Source of the DNA: Cyanophyceae cyanobacterium
GTDB lineage: Bacteria > Cyanobacteriota > Cyanobacteriia > Cyanobacteriales > Laspinemataceae
Direction of reading: 5' to 3'
Assembly (NCBI GenBank): GCA_038321985.1
Contig: JBBQFN010000018.1
Coordinates: 1 to 64,000, forward strand
DNA length: 64,000 nucleotides
Shown one piece after another: positions 22,039-32,512 of the stretch. The translations under genes and the position numbers were made by a program. The notes under the pieces are model-generated. The model saw only the letters and a program-made list of their open reading frames with translations. It was not told the origin of the DNA and searched no databases. How positions within the stretch are numbered: position 1 is the first letter of the stretch; each line of letters opens with the position of its first letter.

Positions 22039-23541
22039 TTAATCCACCCAACTTTTAGCCCGATTTACTGCCTTTTGCCACTGAGCGAAATTAGTTTCAG
22101 TTTTAACTTTTTTCTCTCCTGGTTCAAAGCATCTATCCAGGGTTCGAGTTTGAACTAGAGCGCGATAATCGGTCCAGAAACCGACGGCTAAACCGGCAGC
22201 AAAAGCGGCACCTTGAGCGGTGGCATCTAGGACCGTAGGACGTTCCAGGGGAATGCCCAGCAGATCGGCTTGAAATTGCATTAAAAAATCATTTTCACAA
22301 GCGCCGCCATCAACTTTTAAGCGTTGCACGGGAGTGTCACTATCTTGGTTGATGGCATCGACTACTTCTTTAACTTGGTAGGCGATCGCTTCTAATACAG
22401 CGCGAACAAGATGTGCTCGGGTTACTCCCGCTGTCAGTCCGAAAAATGCACCCCTTGCGCTCATATCCCAATGGGGTGCACCCAGTCCATTTAAAGCGGG
22501 GACGAAATACACCCCATTACTATCAGGAACCGAACGGGCGATCGCTTCGGTTTCTTCTGCGGAATTAATGAGGTTTAATCCATCTCGCAACCACTGCACA
22601 CAACGTCCGGTGGTAAATATCGCCCCTTCTAAGGCATAATTGACCTGATGGCCTTCCGTCCAGGCTACCGTAGACAGGAGTTGATGATGCGATCGCACTA
22701 ATTCTTGACCCGTTTGAGCAATTAAAAAGCAGCCGGTCCCATAAGTGCATTTAACCAAGCCTGGGCGATCGCATCCGTGAGCGAATAAAGCCGCCTGCTG
22801 ATCTCCTAAAATAGCCATAATTGGGACTGAAACCCCTAATATTTCTGGCTTAGTTTCTCCAAAATAACCCAAACTGTCGCGAATTTCGGGCATAATTTTT
22901 GGAGGAATTTCAAATAATTCTAACAAAGTTGGATCCCAATTTAAGGTTTCCAAATTCATCAACAGCGTGCGACTGGCATTACTGCGATCGGTGGCGTGAA
23001 CCTTTCCCCCTGTTAGCTTCCAAAGTATCCAAGTATCGATAGTTCCCGCGATAATATGTTCAGGATTGATATCGGGTCGGTTGGAGTTAACCCAATCTAA
23101 TAACCAGGCAAGTTTAGTAGCTGAAAAATAGGCATCTAGAACCAATCCGGTGCGATTTTGGATATCCTGAGCATGACCATTTTCGGCCAAATGGCGACAC
23201 AGGGGTGCAGTCCGGCGATCGAGCCACACAATCGCTGGATGTAAAGGTTCTCCGGTGGTTTTATCCCACAATAAGCAAGTTTCGCGTTGGACGGTTAACC
23301 CAATGGCGGCAATTTCAGATCCAGAAATTCCTGCTTTTTGGCCTACTTTTTTAATGCAATTATAAGTGTCTTCCCAGATGGCAGTCGCATCATGTTCTAC
23401 CCACCCAGGTTGAGGGTAATGTTGGCTCAATTCTTGATAGGATTGGGCGATATAATTGCCTTCTTTGTTAAATAAAATGGCGCGGTTGCCTGTAGTACCG
23501 AGGTCAAGTCCTAAAATTATGTTTGGGGCAGTTTTATGCAT
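22039..23541 (-). CDS. glpK: Glycerol kinase
   Basis: DLGTTG, YPQPGWVEHDA, YFSATK, GDQQAALF, KCTYGTG. Confidence 0.95.
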   Translation of the reverse strand: MHKTAPNIILGLDLGTTGNRAILFNKEGNYIAQSYQELSQHYPQPGWVEHDATAIWEDTYNCIKKVGQKAGISGSEIAAIGLTVQRETCLLWDKTTGEPLHPAIVWLDRRTAPLCRHLAENGHAQDIQNRTGLVLDAYFSATKLAWLLDWVNSNRPDINPEHIIAGTIDTWILWKLTGGKVHATDRSNASRTLLMNLETLNWDPTLLELFEIPPKIMPEIRDSLGYFGETKPEILGVSVPIMAILGDQQAALFAHGCDRPGLVKCTYGTGCFLIAQTGQELVRSHHQLLSTVAWTEGHQVNYALEGAIFTTGRCVQWLRDGLNLINSAEETEAIARSVPDSNGVYFVPALNGLGAPHWDMSARGAFFGLTAGVTRAHLVRAVLEAIAYQVKEVVDAINQDSDTPVQRLKVDGGACENDFLMQFQADLLGIPLERPTVLDATAQGAAFAAGLAVGFWTDYRALVQTRTLDRCFEPGEKKVKTETNFAQWQKAVNRAKSWVD

Positions 23542-24026
23542 AAAATAGAGGAAATTAATAATCTATCAAGGGATGATTCATTATCATACCAGCCTGTTGT
23601 AAGGGAACTGTTTAGTTTTCAATTGACCAGAAGAAGCCCCTAAACTGTCCCCCCCCATCTTTCTCCAACCCACAAGTTACGCTGAATCATAAAAGCTCTT
23701 CCTTTGAGATTATCTATAACCTCAATAAAAATTAAATATTTGCAATATCATGCTTACTGAAATATAATTGTTTAAGGTAAGCAGATTTACTCCCCTAAAT
23801 ATCCAGCCCTCCGCCCCTAAAGGTCAAGCCCCTAAAGGATCCGTAGGATTACGGAAAATTATAAACCCCTTGGAAAATTAATAAAAATTTAATAAAGTAG
23901 ATCAATGCCCCGTTAACAGCGATCGCATCTCCTTAGGTTTTTATGAAAACCGATGCATATTCCATTCTGTAATCACAGCAGTTTGGCCGTTGAGTGCCGC
24001 CTAAGGCCGCGTTCAACATATCGAGT

Positions 24027-24087
24027 AGGAGACCTCGATTCTATTTCGGGTTGGGGATCCCACTCGAAATAGAATCGAGGGTCTCCT
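24027..24087. repeat. Long imperfect palindrome (~28-bp arms) upstream of a kinase gene
   Basis: aggagacctcgattctatttcgggttggg-gat-cccactcgaaatagaatcgagggtctcct. Confidence 0.85.
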
Positions 24088-24124
24088 GAAAAGAGTATCT
24101 TTACCAGCAAGGGAAGCCCCATCT

Positions 24125-25981
24125 ATGCAGCTTCAAGAGCCTTACGACGTCCTGGAGACCCGAGAACCAAGAACTATTGTGGATCCCTCACCGATTCGCA
24201 ACTTAGGAAAATCTTCTCCAAATCTCCTAGACCTGCTCAAAACAAACATTCGCCGCTTAAGTATTAAACAAAAAATAGGGTATGGTTATGCCCTAAGTAT
24301 TTCGATTGCGTTACTCGGAACGGGTCTGGGGTTAGCGGTTGGCGATCGCTATCAAGACCGGGCAAAACAACAAATGATTCATGCCTATGAGCAACAACGG
24401 ATCCTCACCCATTTGCAATATGAAGTGGTCACCGCACAATCTCATCAACAAGGCTTAGTTTATGGGGTGGAAAAGTATCTTTGGAGTGAATCGAAAACTC
24501 GAAACTTTATTACTCAAATTCAGAAAATTAATGCATTATTAACTTATTTACAGGAGCTTGTTAAAACAAATGAAAATATTTTGATCACCGTGGAAGAATC
24601 CCAGATTCAAAAATTAGTAAGTATTCAAAAAAATGCAGAAAACTACTCTCAAACTCTAACTTATTTCCGGATATTTAATCCCAATGTTTTACCCGATGGG
24701 GTCAACTATTTGGAAAAGTCGGAAAAAGAGACAGTTCTGAAAAAGATGGCTCAAGTAGAGGTCGCATTAGAAGCGCTCTATCAGGAACTAGATCGGACCT
24801 TAGATGCGGCACAAACCCAAGAAACTGCGGCTAAAGACACGTTTACTAAAGCCGATTCCCTGCGCTGGAAAATTACAGCCCTTAGCATGATTCTATCGGT
24901 GGCGATCGCCGCCTTGTTAGCTTCTTACACCAGTCGGGCGATCGCCCGCCCCATTGAATGGGTTACTCAAGTTGCCATACGAACCACAGAACAATCGAAT
25001 TATAAACTCCGCGCCCCCATCCTCACCGAAGATGAAGCCGGTTTATTAGCCGCATCTTTGAATCAACTGATCAGTCGAGTTCAGGAACAACTCCAAGAAA
25101 TTCAGCAAGCTCAAACCCAGCTAATTCAGACCGAAAAAATGTCTAGTCTGGGACAACTGGTTGCCGGAATTGCCCACGAAATAAACAATCCCATCAACTT
25201 TATCACGGGCAACATTGAGCATAGTAACCACTACATCCAAGATATCCTAGAAATCGTCCAACTTTATCAAAAAGAGCATCCGAATCCCTCCCCGGAACTT
25301 CAGGACCTGATTGATGATGTTGATTTAGAATTCGTGATAGCCGACTTGAATAAAATGCTCTCCTCCATGAGCATTGGTTCCGAGCGAATTCGTCAAATTG
25401 TCCTCTCCCTGCGGAATTTTTCACGACTGGATGAAGCCGAGAAAAAACGAGTGGATATTCATGAAGGACTGGAGAGTACGCTATTGCTGTGCAACCATCG
25501 CCTACAGCCTCATATTGAAGTGCTAACCCGTTACGATAAATTGCCGCAAATTGAGTGCTATCCGGCTCAACTCAACCAAGTTTTTATGCACCTGATCTGT
25601 AACGCGATCGATGCCTTAGAAACCGTGGAAAATTCAGAACATCACCCTCTTCGTTTCCCTCGTCAAATTATCATCCAAACCCAGAAGTTAAACGAAGGCA
25701 CAATCCAGATAAAAATTTCGGACAACGGTCCCGGGATGGATGCAGCACTCCGTCGCAAAATATTCGACCCATTTTTTACCACTAAAGCACCTGGAAAAGG
25801 GACGGGGTTGGGATTGTCCATTGCCTACCAGATTGTTGAAAAACATGGGGGCAAAATAGAGGTGCGAGGGGAAGTGGGAAGAGGCACAGAATTTGCGATC
25901 GCCCTGCCGATTAAACCTGTAGTTAATGCTTCATCTATCCCGTACATTCGGCCTTCTGCCCCCCTTCTAAATGCCCTCTAA
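24125..25981 (+). CDS. Membrane-bound HAMP sensor histidine kinase
   Basis: Two TM segments, [21 protein letters not shown]-box, [13 protein letters not shown]. Confidence 0.93.
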   Translation: MQLQEPYDVLETREPRTIVDPSPIRNLGKSSPNLLDLLKTNIRRLSIKQKIGYGYALSISIALLGTGLGLAVGDRYQDRAKQQMIHAYEQQRILTHLQYEVVTAQSHQQGLVYGVEKYLWSESKTRNFITQIQKINALLTYLQELVKTNENILITVEESQIQKLVSIQKNAENYSQTLTYFRIFNPNVLPDGVNYLEKSEKETVLKKMAQVEVALEALYQELDRTLDAAQTQETAAKDTFTKADSLRWKITALSMILSVAIAALLASYTSRAIARPIEWVTQVAIRTTEQSNYKLRAPILTEDEAGLLAASLNQLISRVQEQLQEIQQAQTQLIQTEKMSSLGQLVAGIAHEINNPINFITGNIEHSNHYIQDILEIVQLYQKEHPNPSPELQDLIDDVDLEFVIADLNKMLSSMSIGSERIRQIVLSLRNFSRLDEAEKKRVDIHEGLESTLLLCNHRLQPHIEVLTRYDKLPQIECYPAQLNQVFMHLICNAIDALETVENSEHHPLRFPRQIIIQTQKLNEGTIQIKISDNGPGMDAALRRKIFDPFFTTKAPGKGTGLGLSIAYQIVEKHGGKIEVRGEVGRGTEFAIALPIKPVVNASSIPYIRPSAPLLNAL

Positions 25982-26654
25982 AGTCCAAAAAATGAGCGCC
26001 CTTCTCAGCAAATTTAAAACCCTAGGGCAGTCGAAACGAGAGAAAAAACAAACTCAGATGTCCGCAGTTTTATCAAGTTTTGCGGATATCCATCAAAAGT
26101 CCAGGCAGCATCAAATTGCTAATTTTAATTTATTCTCTCTCCTGCAACTGAGCAAAAATGAGGCAACTCAAACGGCCATATTAGCTTGGCTGTTGGATAG
26201 CAATGCCAATCATGGGCAAGGTCCATTATTTTTAGAACAGCTGGTCAAACTCTGTAGCGATCGCATTCCCCCGGAGAGTTTCAGCCAGCCTTATCGTGTC
26301 CTCTCTCATTCAAAGGTACCTCAATTGCGCCTAGATATTACAATTTATCGACCGGGAGAGTTTTTAGTGGCGATCGATAACAATATTTTAGACCGCGAAG
26401 GCATCAATCAAGCTGACCTAGAAATTATTGAAATGCGGAGGTTGGGTTCAGCACAACGCATCCCCAAAGAACGCCAAATCGCCATATTTTTGACTCCCGA
26501 AGGGCGAGAACCCCTCAGCGGAGAACCCTCCCATTGGTATAACCTTTCCTATCCCCAACTCGGGGCAGCCTTTGCCCGGGTTGTGTCGCAACTGAATGAT
26601 CTAAAACTTAAACACATTTTGGTAGACTGGATCGAAGTCGTGTCGAAGGTCTAA
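25971..26654 (+). CDS. PD-(D/E)XK nuclease-family protein, degenerate catalytic motif
   Basis: FNLF...E...ILAWLLD...HGQG.LFL pattern of PDDEXK_4-like proteins; RLDI...VAIDNNI where IENK is usual. Confidence 0.65.
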   Translation: MPSKVQKMSALLSKFKTLGQSKREKKQTQMSAVLSSFADIHQKSRQHQIANFNLFSLLQLSKNEATQTAILAWLLDSNANHGQGPLFLEQLVKLCSDRIPPESFSQPYRVLSHSKVPQLRLDITIYRPGEFLVAIDNNILDREGINQADLEIIEMRRLGSAQRIPKERQIAIFLTPEGREPLSGEPSHWYNLSYPQLGAAFARVVSQLNDLKLKHILVDWIEVVSKV

Positions 26655-26657
26655 TTA

Positions 26658-27206
26658 ATGAAGATTTTTTCAGACGAAAGTAAGTTATTAGCTAAAAATT
26701 GGGAAACTTATCAAGAACTCCTTAAAGCTGAACAAAAACTAAGAACAGAACTTCAAGAGTTTCTCCAATCCCTGGAAGCCGAATTAGTTAAAAATCCCTG
26801 GTGGCAAAACCAGTGGAATTTTATCAATTATGGAGAGACGGAAATTTATATTTCTAATGGCAATTGGATTTCAAATTATGACGAATATGTGATATTAATT
26901 GGCCTAGAAGGATTAACACCCGAGCGACTTTTTGGAATGGACAATCCCCCCATCCTATATGTAAAATCTTCAGACTACAGCTTAGGAGAGCTTTTAATAG
27001 AGAAACTCAAAGAAGAAGAAGATTTAAAACAAGGAGAAATTGATTATAGTTCTAGTCGCTATCTAGTCACTCACCCTTTAAAGGTGCTACCGAACGAAGT
27101 GGAAAAATTCGATAAAGTCGTTCGTCAACCCGCCCTAGACTTTTTAAGTTATTATGCAACAACTCTCGAAAAATATACAGATTTAGTACAAAAAACTCTA
27201 AATTAA
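26658..27206 (+). CDS. Hypothetical protein
   Basis: 182-aa acidic ORF 3 nt after the previous stop. Confidence 0.7.
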   Translation: MKIFSDESKLLAKNWETYQELLKAEQKLRTELQEFLQSLEAELVKNPWWQNQWNFINYGETEIYISNGNWISNYDEYVILIGLEGLTPERLFGMDNPPILYVKSSDYSLGELLIEKLKEEEDLKQGEIDYSSSRYLVTHPLKVLPNEVEKFDKVVRQPALDFLSYYATTLEKYTDLVQKTLN

Positions 27207-27225
27207 AATAGCCAGGAGATAGACG

Positions 27226-27678
27226 GTGACTCTATACTTTTATCACACCCGCAGCGAATACGGATGTTTTTCTAATTTTTCCCAACATGGGTTGGAATTA
27301 GAGGGGGTTTGGTGGCCCACTACTGAACATTACTTTCAAGCCCAGAAATTTGCTGGAACTCCTCATGTTGAACAAATTCGACAAGCCAAAAGTCCCAAAG
27401 AAGCGGCAAATATGGGACGCGATCGCACCCGTCCCCTGCGTCCCGATTGGGAAACCGTCAAGGATGATATCATGCGCCGTGCCGTCCTTAAAAAATTCCA
27501 AACTCATGAAGATATTCGAGATATTTTGCTAGGAACCGGAGATGAGGGACTCGTCGAAAATGCACCCGATGATTATTATTGGGGATGTGGGAAAGATGGC
27601 AGTGGTCAGAATAAATTGGGGCAGATTTTAATGGAGGTGCGAGAGATTTTGCGATCGCAGCAATCCCCATCGTCCTAA
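27226..27678 (+). CDS. NADAR family protein (YbiA-like N-glycosidase)
   Basis: FSNF, WPTTEHYFQAQKF, RPDWE, D.YWG, GQNKLGQILM; aggag SD before GTG. Confidence 0.92.
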   Translation: MTLYFYHTRSEYGCFSNFSQHGLELEGVWWPTTEHYFQAQKFAGTPHVEQIRQAKSPKEAANMGRDRTRPLRPDWETVKDDIMRRAVLKKFQTHEDIRDILLGTGDEGLVENAPDDYYWGCGKDGSGQNKLGQILMEVREILRSQQSPSS

Positions 27679-27880
27679 ACCTATCCTGTTAGCTACTCCC
27701 AGATATCAAAACGATGCCTTCAAGGCGATCTCCCGAATTACTCCTCGATAATAATGGGCCATTGGTCAGGCCTGACTAGCCCTAACCTCAACGGATCCCT
27801 AACCCACAACCAACCACAAAGGGTGCTAGTGCTGATAGGATCTAAACTAAAGATTAGTCAAGTTCTCCCCGCTTACCATC

Positions 27881-28357
27881 ATGTCTTACGGCAATCTGCG
27901 CGACCTCTACCAGCAAGTTATCCTGGAGCGTTACAAGTCTCCCAAACATCGGGGTGTCACGGATCCGGTGCATCGACGACAGCGAGGACATAATCCCTCC
28001 TGTGGGGATACCATCGAACTGACATTGCGGCTGAATGAGGCGGGCGATCGCATCGAAGAGGTAAAATTCGATGGAGAAGGCTGTGCTATCTCAATGGCTT
28101 CAGTTGACCTAATGGCAGAAGCTTTACGCGGCAAATCCACGGGAGAAGCCATAGAGATGGTGCAACGCTTCCAAAACATGATGAAAGGCGAGGCAGAATT
28201 CCCGAAAGAACAGCGCAAGCTCAATGTCATGCAAGGCGTTGCCCAATTCCCTGTTCGCATCAAATGCGCCAACCTCTGTTGGCATACTCTAAAAGCGGCG
28301 ATCGAATCCGCAAATGCTGACTCGGATGCTTTTGTCAGCAATGAAGCGGAATCTTAA
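27881..28357 (+). CDS. SufU/NifU-like Fe-S scaffold or sulfur-transfer protein
   Basis: LYQQVIL, HNPSCGD, GEGCAISMAS, FPVRIKCA. Confidence 0.9.
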   Translation: MSYGNLRDLYQQVILERYKSPKHRGVTDPVHRRQRGHNPSCGDTIELTLRLNEAGDRIEEVKFDGEGCAISMASVDLMAEALRGKSTGEAIEMVQRFQNMMKGEAEFPKEQRKLNVMQGVAQFPVRIKCANLCWHTLKAAIESANADSDAFVSNEAES

Positions 28358-28407
28358 ATCCGAATGGAACTCAAGCTAACTACTCCTCAATTACACCAGC
28401 TACCAAT

Positions 28408-28944
28408 ATGCTAACAACCGCACAATTTTTCATTGCTTTTAAGTGGGCAGGCATCCTCACCCTGGTTACTGGAGTCCTGAGTCTGTTAGGATTTTTCTTC
28501 AAGTGGGGAATCCGCTTTCGCTTGGTGGGAATTACCGGCTTTATGAGCGTCCTGACTGGCGGTTTATTTGCCCTGAGCTTAGTGCCTCTGACTACGGTGC
28601 AAGTCCCCGGTTCTTTACACTATGCTAGGGTTTACGATAATGGCGGCAGTCAAACGGTGATTGCGCTACCGCCGACTATCACTGAGTCTGAACTGGAATT
28701 AACCCTGCGTCAAGCTGCGAATAACCTATTTTCTCAGGGTCGCTTTAGTTCTGCTGGGGAAAACCAGTTAACCATCCGCGCCCGCACGATTGTCCATCCT
28801 GAACCCGGACTCTCTAAACCCCTCTATCTGGGTCAAGTGAAGCGATCGCTAGGAGTTCGGGACGATGAAAACATAGAAATCGAAATCTACGCTGCCCAAT
28901 TAGCTGAACTGGAGCGCCTAAAACCGGCAGCCAAGGACGCTTAA
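28408..28944 (+). CDS. ycf51: Ycf51 family protein (DUF2518)
   Basis: WGIRFRLVGITGF and VYDNG motifs, two TM helices. Confidence 0.8.
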   Translation: MLTTAQFFIAFKWAGILTLVTGVLSLLGFFFKWGIRFRLVGITGFMSVLTGGLFALSLVPLTTVQVPGSLHYARVYDNGGSQTVIALPPTITESELELTLRQAANNLFSQGRFSSAGENQLTIRARTIVHPEPGLSKPLYLGQVKRSLGVRDDENIEIEIYAAQLAELERLKPAAKDA

Positions 28945-28957
28945 AGAATTGAGACGT

Positions 28958-29023
28958 GAAAATTGAAAATTGGGAATTGAGAATTAAGAATTATAGAGTT
29001 CTGTCTTCTCAATTCTCAATTTT
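28958..29023. repeat. STRR-like heptamer repeats forming a hairpin
   Basis: gaaaattgaaaattgggaattgagaattaagaatt ... ttctcaattctcaattttt. Confidence 0.6.
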
Positions 29024-29304
29024 TGTAAGAGGATTAGGGCTTACGCTTTAAACGAGCTTTGCAGCGTAAGTTCTGTTTAAGCACAATTTTCTCGGAGGAT
29101 GGATTAACCTTGAGTGTAGGCTTCGATGTCAAACGGCTTAAAATTAATATATCCCCGGGTCGGCTGCCAGTGGGATAGCAAGGGCGCAATCCCGAAATCC
29201 AGATAAAATCCCCGCCACAATCGGGAATGCTTGAATACAGTAGAGTGAGACATACCACTCACCCCAACCCAACCTCAGCAAAACTTCTATAGATATAGAT
29301 CTGT

Positions 29305-30525
29305 ATGGCCCATCAGAATTTTGCTTCCCAGAACCCGAACTCGAATCCTGTTGCTATGCTTCCGACGCTCAGTATCGCACCGGCCCAAGTGATTCGCTCA
29401 AAGGGCTGTTTGGAACAAGCCGGCGCTGTGATCGCCCGATTTGGGCATCGTCCCTTGATTGTGGGGGGCGAGAGTTCTACAGCCGCCCTGCTTGTGGAAC
29501 GGTTACAACCGGCAGTCGGCCCCTTTCAACTGGCGATCGCGACTGCTTCCTATAGCCCAGACTGTAGCGAAGCCAGTCTCACCCGCCTACAAGAGGCTGC
29601 CGCCACCCATGAAGCGGACCTGATTATTGGAACCGGGGGCGGCAAATCCCTCGATGCCGCCAAACTGTTAGCTTATCGGTGTGGATTGCCCATTATCACC
29701 ATTCCCTCCTCTGCTGCCACTTGTGCAGCATGGACAGCATTATCAAATATCTATTCTGATGGGGGAGCATTTCTCTACGATGTCCCCTTACCCAAATGTC
29801 CCGATGTTCTGATCCTCGATTACGAGTTCATCCAAACTGCACCGGCGCGCACCTTGGTAGCGGGAATTGGGGATGCGATCGCCAAATGGTACGAAGCCTC
29901 AGTCAGTAGCGGACATTCCGAACAAACCCTGATTATCGCCGCCTTACAACAAGCGCGAGTGCTACGGGACCTTTTGTTTCAAAAATCCGCCCAAGCCGTC
30001 GCCACTCCCGGCGGGGAAGTCTGGCAAGAAGTCGTAGATGCCACGGTATTGCTAGCGGGAGTCATCGGGGGATTAGGGGGCGCTCAATGCCGCACCGTTG
30101 CCGCTCATGCCGTTCATAATGGCTTAACTCACCTGTTAGCCGCTCATGATACCCTGCATGGAGAAAAGGTGGCTTATGGCATTTTGGTGCAACTGCGCCT
30201 CGAAGAAATACTTCAAGCTAACCAACTAGCGGCGTCGGCGCGGCAGCAACTCCTAAAATTTTATTCAGAAATTGGGTTGCCCCAAAACTTACAGGATTTA
30301 GGGTTAGAAAATGTCACCCTCAAGGAATTGTACCGGGCTGCTGAAATTGCTTGTGCTCCCAATTCTGACATTCACCGGCTGCCCTTTACAGTGGTACCGG
30401 AACAACTGATGGCGGCAATGGTTTCGACAACCGCCCCGGTTGAATCTCGCCGTTCCGGGCTAGATCTGGGGGGAGTTGTAAAAGAAACCTCCCAGATACT
30501 CGACTTAGCTACCCCCGCCCCCTAA
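29305..30525 (+). CDS. Iron-containing alcohol/glycerol dehydrogenase family protein
   Basis: GTGGGKSLDAAK, AGIGDAIAKWYE, AHAVHNGL, HGEKVAYG. Confidence 0.88.
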   Translation: MAHQNFASQNPNSNPVAMLPTLSIAPAQVIRSKGCLEQAGAVIARFGHRPLIVGGESSTAALLVERLQPAVGPFQLAIATASYSPDCSEASLTRLQEAAATHEADLIIGTGGGKSLDAAKLLAYRCGLPIITIPSSAATCAAWTALSNIYSDGGAFLYDVPLPKCPDVLILDYEFIQTAPARTLVAGIGDAIAKWYEASVSSGHSEQTLIIAALQQARVLRDLLFQKSAQAVATPGGEVWQEVVDATVLLAGVIGGLGGAQCRTVAAHAVHNGLTHLLAAHDTLHGEKVAYGILVQLRLEEILQANQLAASARQQLLKFYSEIGLPQNLQDLGLENVTLKELYRAAEIACAPNSDIHRLPFTVVPEQLMAAMVSTTAPVESRRSGLDLGGVVKETSQILDLATPAP

Positions 30526-30686
30526 CCGGATTAGATTGAGAAAAACGCCAAACCTCAAACCAGGGTCCATGGGGATAAACCTTTTATTTTTTAAAATCTG
30601 TATCCCTGGTGACCTTTTGGCGATTAAATGTCTATCTGTAGTTTTTTTTGCAAAAGGAGATCGCGGTTTTTCCGCGCACAATACCC

Positions 30687-31895
30687 ATGACTTTAGATTG
30701 GATCCAACCGGCTCAACGCTTGCAACAACTCCCGGCTTATGTATTTGCCCGCCTCGATGAACTTAAAGCCCGGGCGCGATCGCAAGGAATTGATTTAATC
30801 GACTTGGGTATGGGCAACCCCGATGGACCCACTCCTGTTCCCGTTGTGGAATCCGCGATCGCCGCTTTGCAAGATGCCAATACCCATCGTTATCCTCCCT
30901 TGGGTGGTACAGATAGCTTTCGTGAAGCCATCTGTGAATGGTATAACCGTCGCTACGATGTTTCCCTAGACCCGGAAACCGAAGCATTGCCGGTTCTGGG
31001 TTCCAAAGAAGGCTTAACTCACTTTGCCCTGGCTTACGTCAATCCAGGAGACCTAATTTTAGTCCCCAGTCCCGGTTACCCCGCTCATTTCCGGGGTCCT
31101 TTAATTGCAGGGGGGACCATTCACGAGATTGTTCTTTCCGAGCAAAACGACTGGCTCATCGATTTGTCTACGATTCCTGATGAAGTAGCAAAACGGGCTA
31201 AAATTCTTTATTTCAACTATCCCAACAACCCGACGACGGCGACGGCACCTCGGGAATTTTTCGAGGAAGTTGTAGCCTTTGCCCGTCGCCACGAAATCTT
31301 GTTAGTACATGATATGTGCTACGCAGAATTAGCCTATGATGGCTATCATCCTACCAGCTTGTTAGAAATTCCTGGGGCTAAAGAGATTGGGGTCGAATTT
31401 CATACCCTCTCTAAAACCTACAATATGGCAGGATGGCGAGTGGGCTTTGCTGTGGGTAATTCTCAAGTGATTAAGAATTTACGCCGATTAAAAAGCAATA
31501 TGGATTATGGAATGTTTTCTGTAGTCCAATCTGCTGCCGCCACTGCGTTGCAATTGCCGGATGTTTATATTCATGAAGTGCAAGCCCGGTATCGCACTCG
31601 TCGGGATGTGTTGGTGCGGGGCTTGCGCGAATTGGGATGGAGCGTTAAAAATCCGGAAGCCACTTTTTACGTTTGGGCAAAATGTCCGTTTGGCAATAAT
31701 TCCGAAGAGTTTATTGAGTCGGTTTTGAATAAAACCGGCGTGGTGTTAACCCCCGGGAACGCCTTTGGATCCGGGGGTGAAGGGTATGTGCGGATTAGTT
31801 TGATCCAAGATTGCGATCGCCTGACGGTTGCCCTCGATCGCCTCAAACAAGCGGGGATTTGTGGAGAAATGCCGGCGTTAGTGACGGGTAGTTAA
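30687..31895 (+). CDS. PLP-dependent class I/II aminotransferase (LL-DAP/aspartate aminotransferase-like)
   Basis: DLGMGNPD, GSKEG, NYPNNPT, SKTYNMAGWRVG; likely ATG start at 30687. Confidence 0.9.
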   Translation: MTLDWIQPAQRLQQLPAYVFARLDELKARARSQGIDLIDLGMGNPDGPTPVPVVESAIAALQDANTHRYPPLGGTDSFREAICEWYNRRYDVSLDPETEALPVLGSKEGLTHFALAYVNPGDLILVPSPGYPAHFRGPLIAGGTIHEIVLSEQNDWLIDLSTIPDEVAKRAKILYFNYPNNPTTATAPREFFEEVVAFARRHEILLVHDMCYAELAYDGYHPTSLLEIPGAKEIGVEFHTLSKTYNMAGWRVGFAVGNSQVIKNLRRLKSNMDYGMFSVVQSAAATALQLPDVYIHEVQARYRTRRDVLVRGLRELGWSVKNPEATFYVWAKCPFGNNSEEFIESVLNKTGVVLTPGNAFGSGGEGYVRISLIQDCDRLTVALDRLKQAGICGEMPALVTGS

Positions 31896-31915
31896 TCTCT
31901 GATAATTCCGATAAT

Positions 31916-31941
31916 GTAGAGACGCGAAATTTCGCGTCTCT
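31916..31941. repeat. REP-like palindrome
   Basis: gtagagacgcgaaatttcgcgtctct. Confidence 0.75.
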
Positions 31942-31996
31942 CCCTAGATGTGAGGGCGACTGCCAACCGTCAACAAAACTAACCCTCAACAAAACT

Positions 31997-32029
31997 AAAA
32001 GGGTCTCGTCGGCGGCGACTAGACCCTTT
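31997..32029 (-). terminator. Intrinsic terminator (possibly bidirectional)
   Basis: Minus strand AAAGGGTCTAGTCGCCGCCGACGAGACCCTTTT. Confidence 0.75.
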
Positions 32030-32313
32030 CAATCGGTAAATTGACTAAATTAACGTTCAGGTAAGTTACTGTTGGGTTGATGTTTACTAAGGTTTACATT
32101 CGATCCGCAGTTAGTTTCCGGTTTCGGCATCCACTCAGTCTATACCAGACTCCAAGTTTTGGCTTCTACTTCCAGCTTTTCCTAGAAAGAAGCACCACCT
32201 TTTTTTAGGGATGCTCGCCGCTGCTGCACTACGGGCAGATTAGAGCGGGATGACGCAGAACTCTAATCTAAAAACTTGTTTGGCGTTGAAGTTTTATTTC
32301 TTGCTTGCGTCAT
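31997..32313 (-). ncRNA. Candidate sRNA, possibly PsrR1/SyR1-like
   Basis: No long ORF; TTGCAC-16nt-TACTTT promoter just upstream; core GCCGAAACCGGAAACTAACTGCGGATCGAATGTAAACCTTAGTAAACATC; strong terminator. Identity is from recollection only. Confidence 0.45.
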
Positions 32314-32353
32314 ATCTATAAAGTAACACAAAGTTTTGAGAGTGCAACCCTTT

Positions 32354-32381
32354 GTTTAAAAACTTTACAGAGGTTTACTTC
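32354..32381. promoter_or_regulatory. HLR1-like (RpaB) direct repeats with 10-bp period
   Basis: gtttaaaa-ac-tttacaga-gg-tttacttc, imperfect matches to (G/T)TTACA(T/A)(T/A)-N2 repeats. Confidence 0.4.
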
Positions 32382-32512
32382 CTGCAATATTCCTCGTTAC
32401 ATTTGTTAGTAATGGCCTAAAAATTCACCTTTCAATAAGCAAAATTACGGATTCAATCGGGGAGGTTGCGAAAGTCCTTCCCAAGACGCAGAGGAAGGGA
32501 CCAGAGGTAGAG

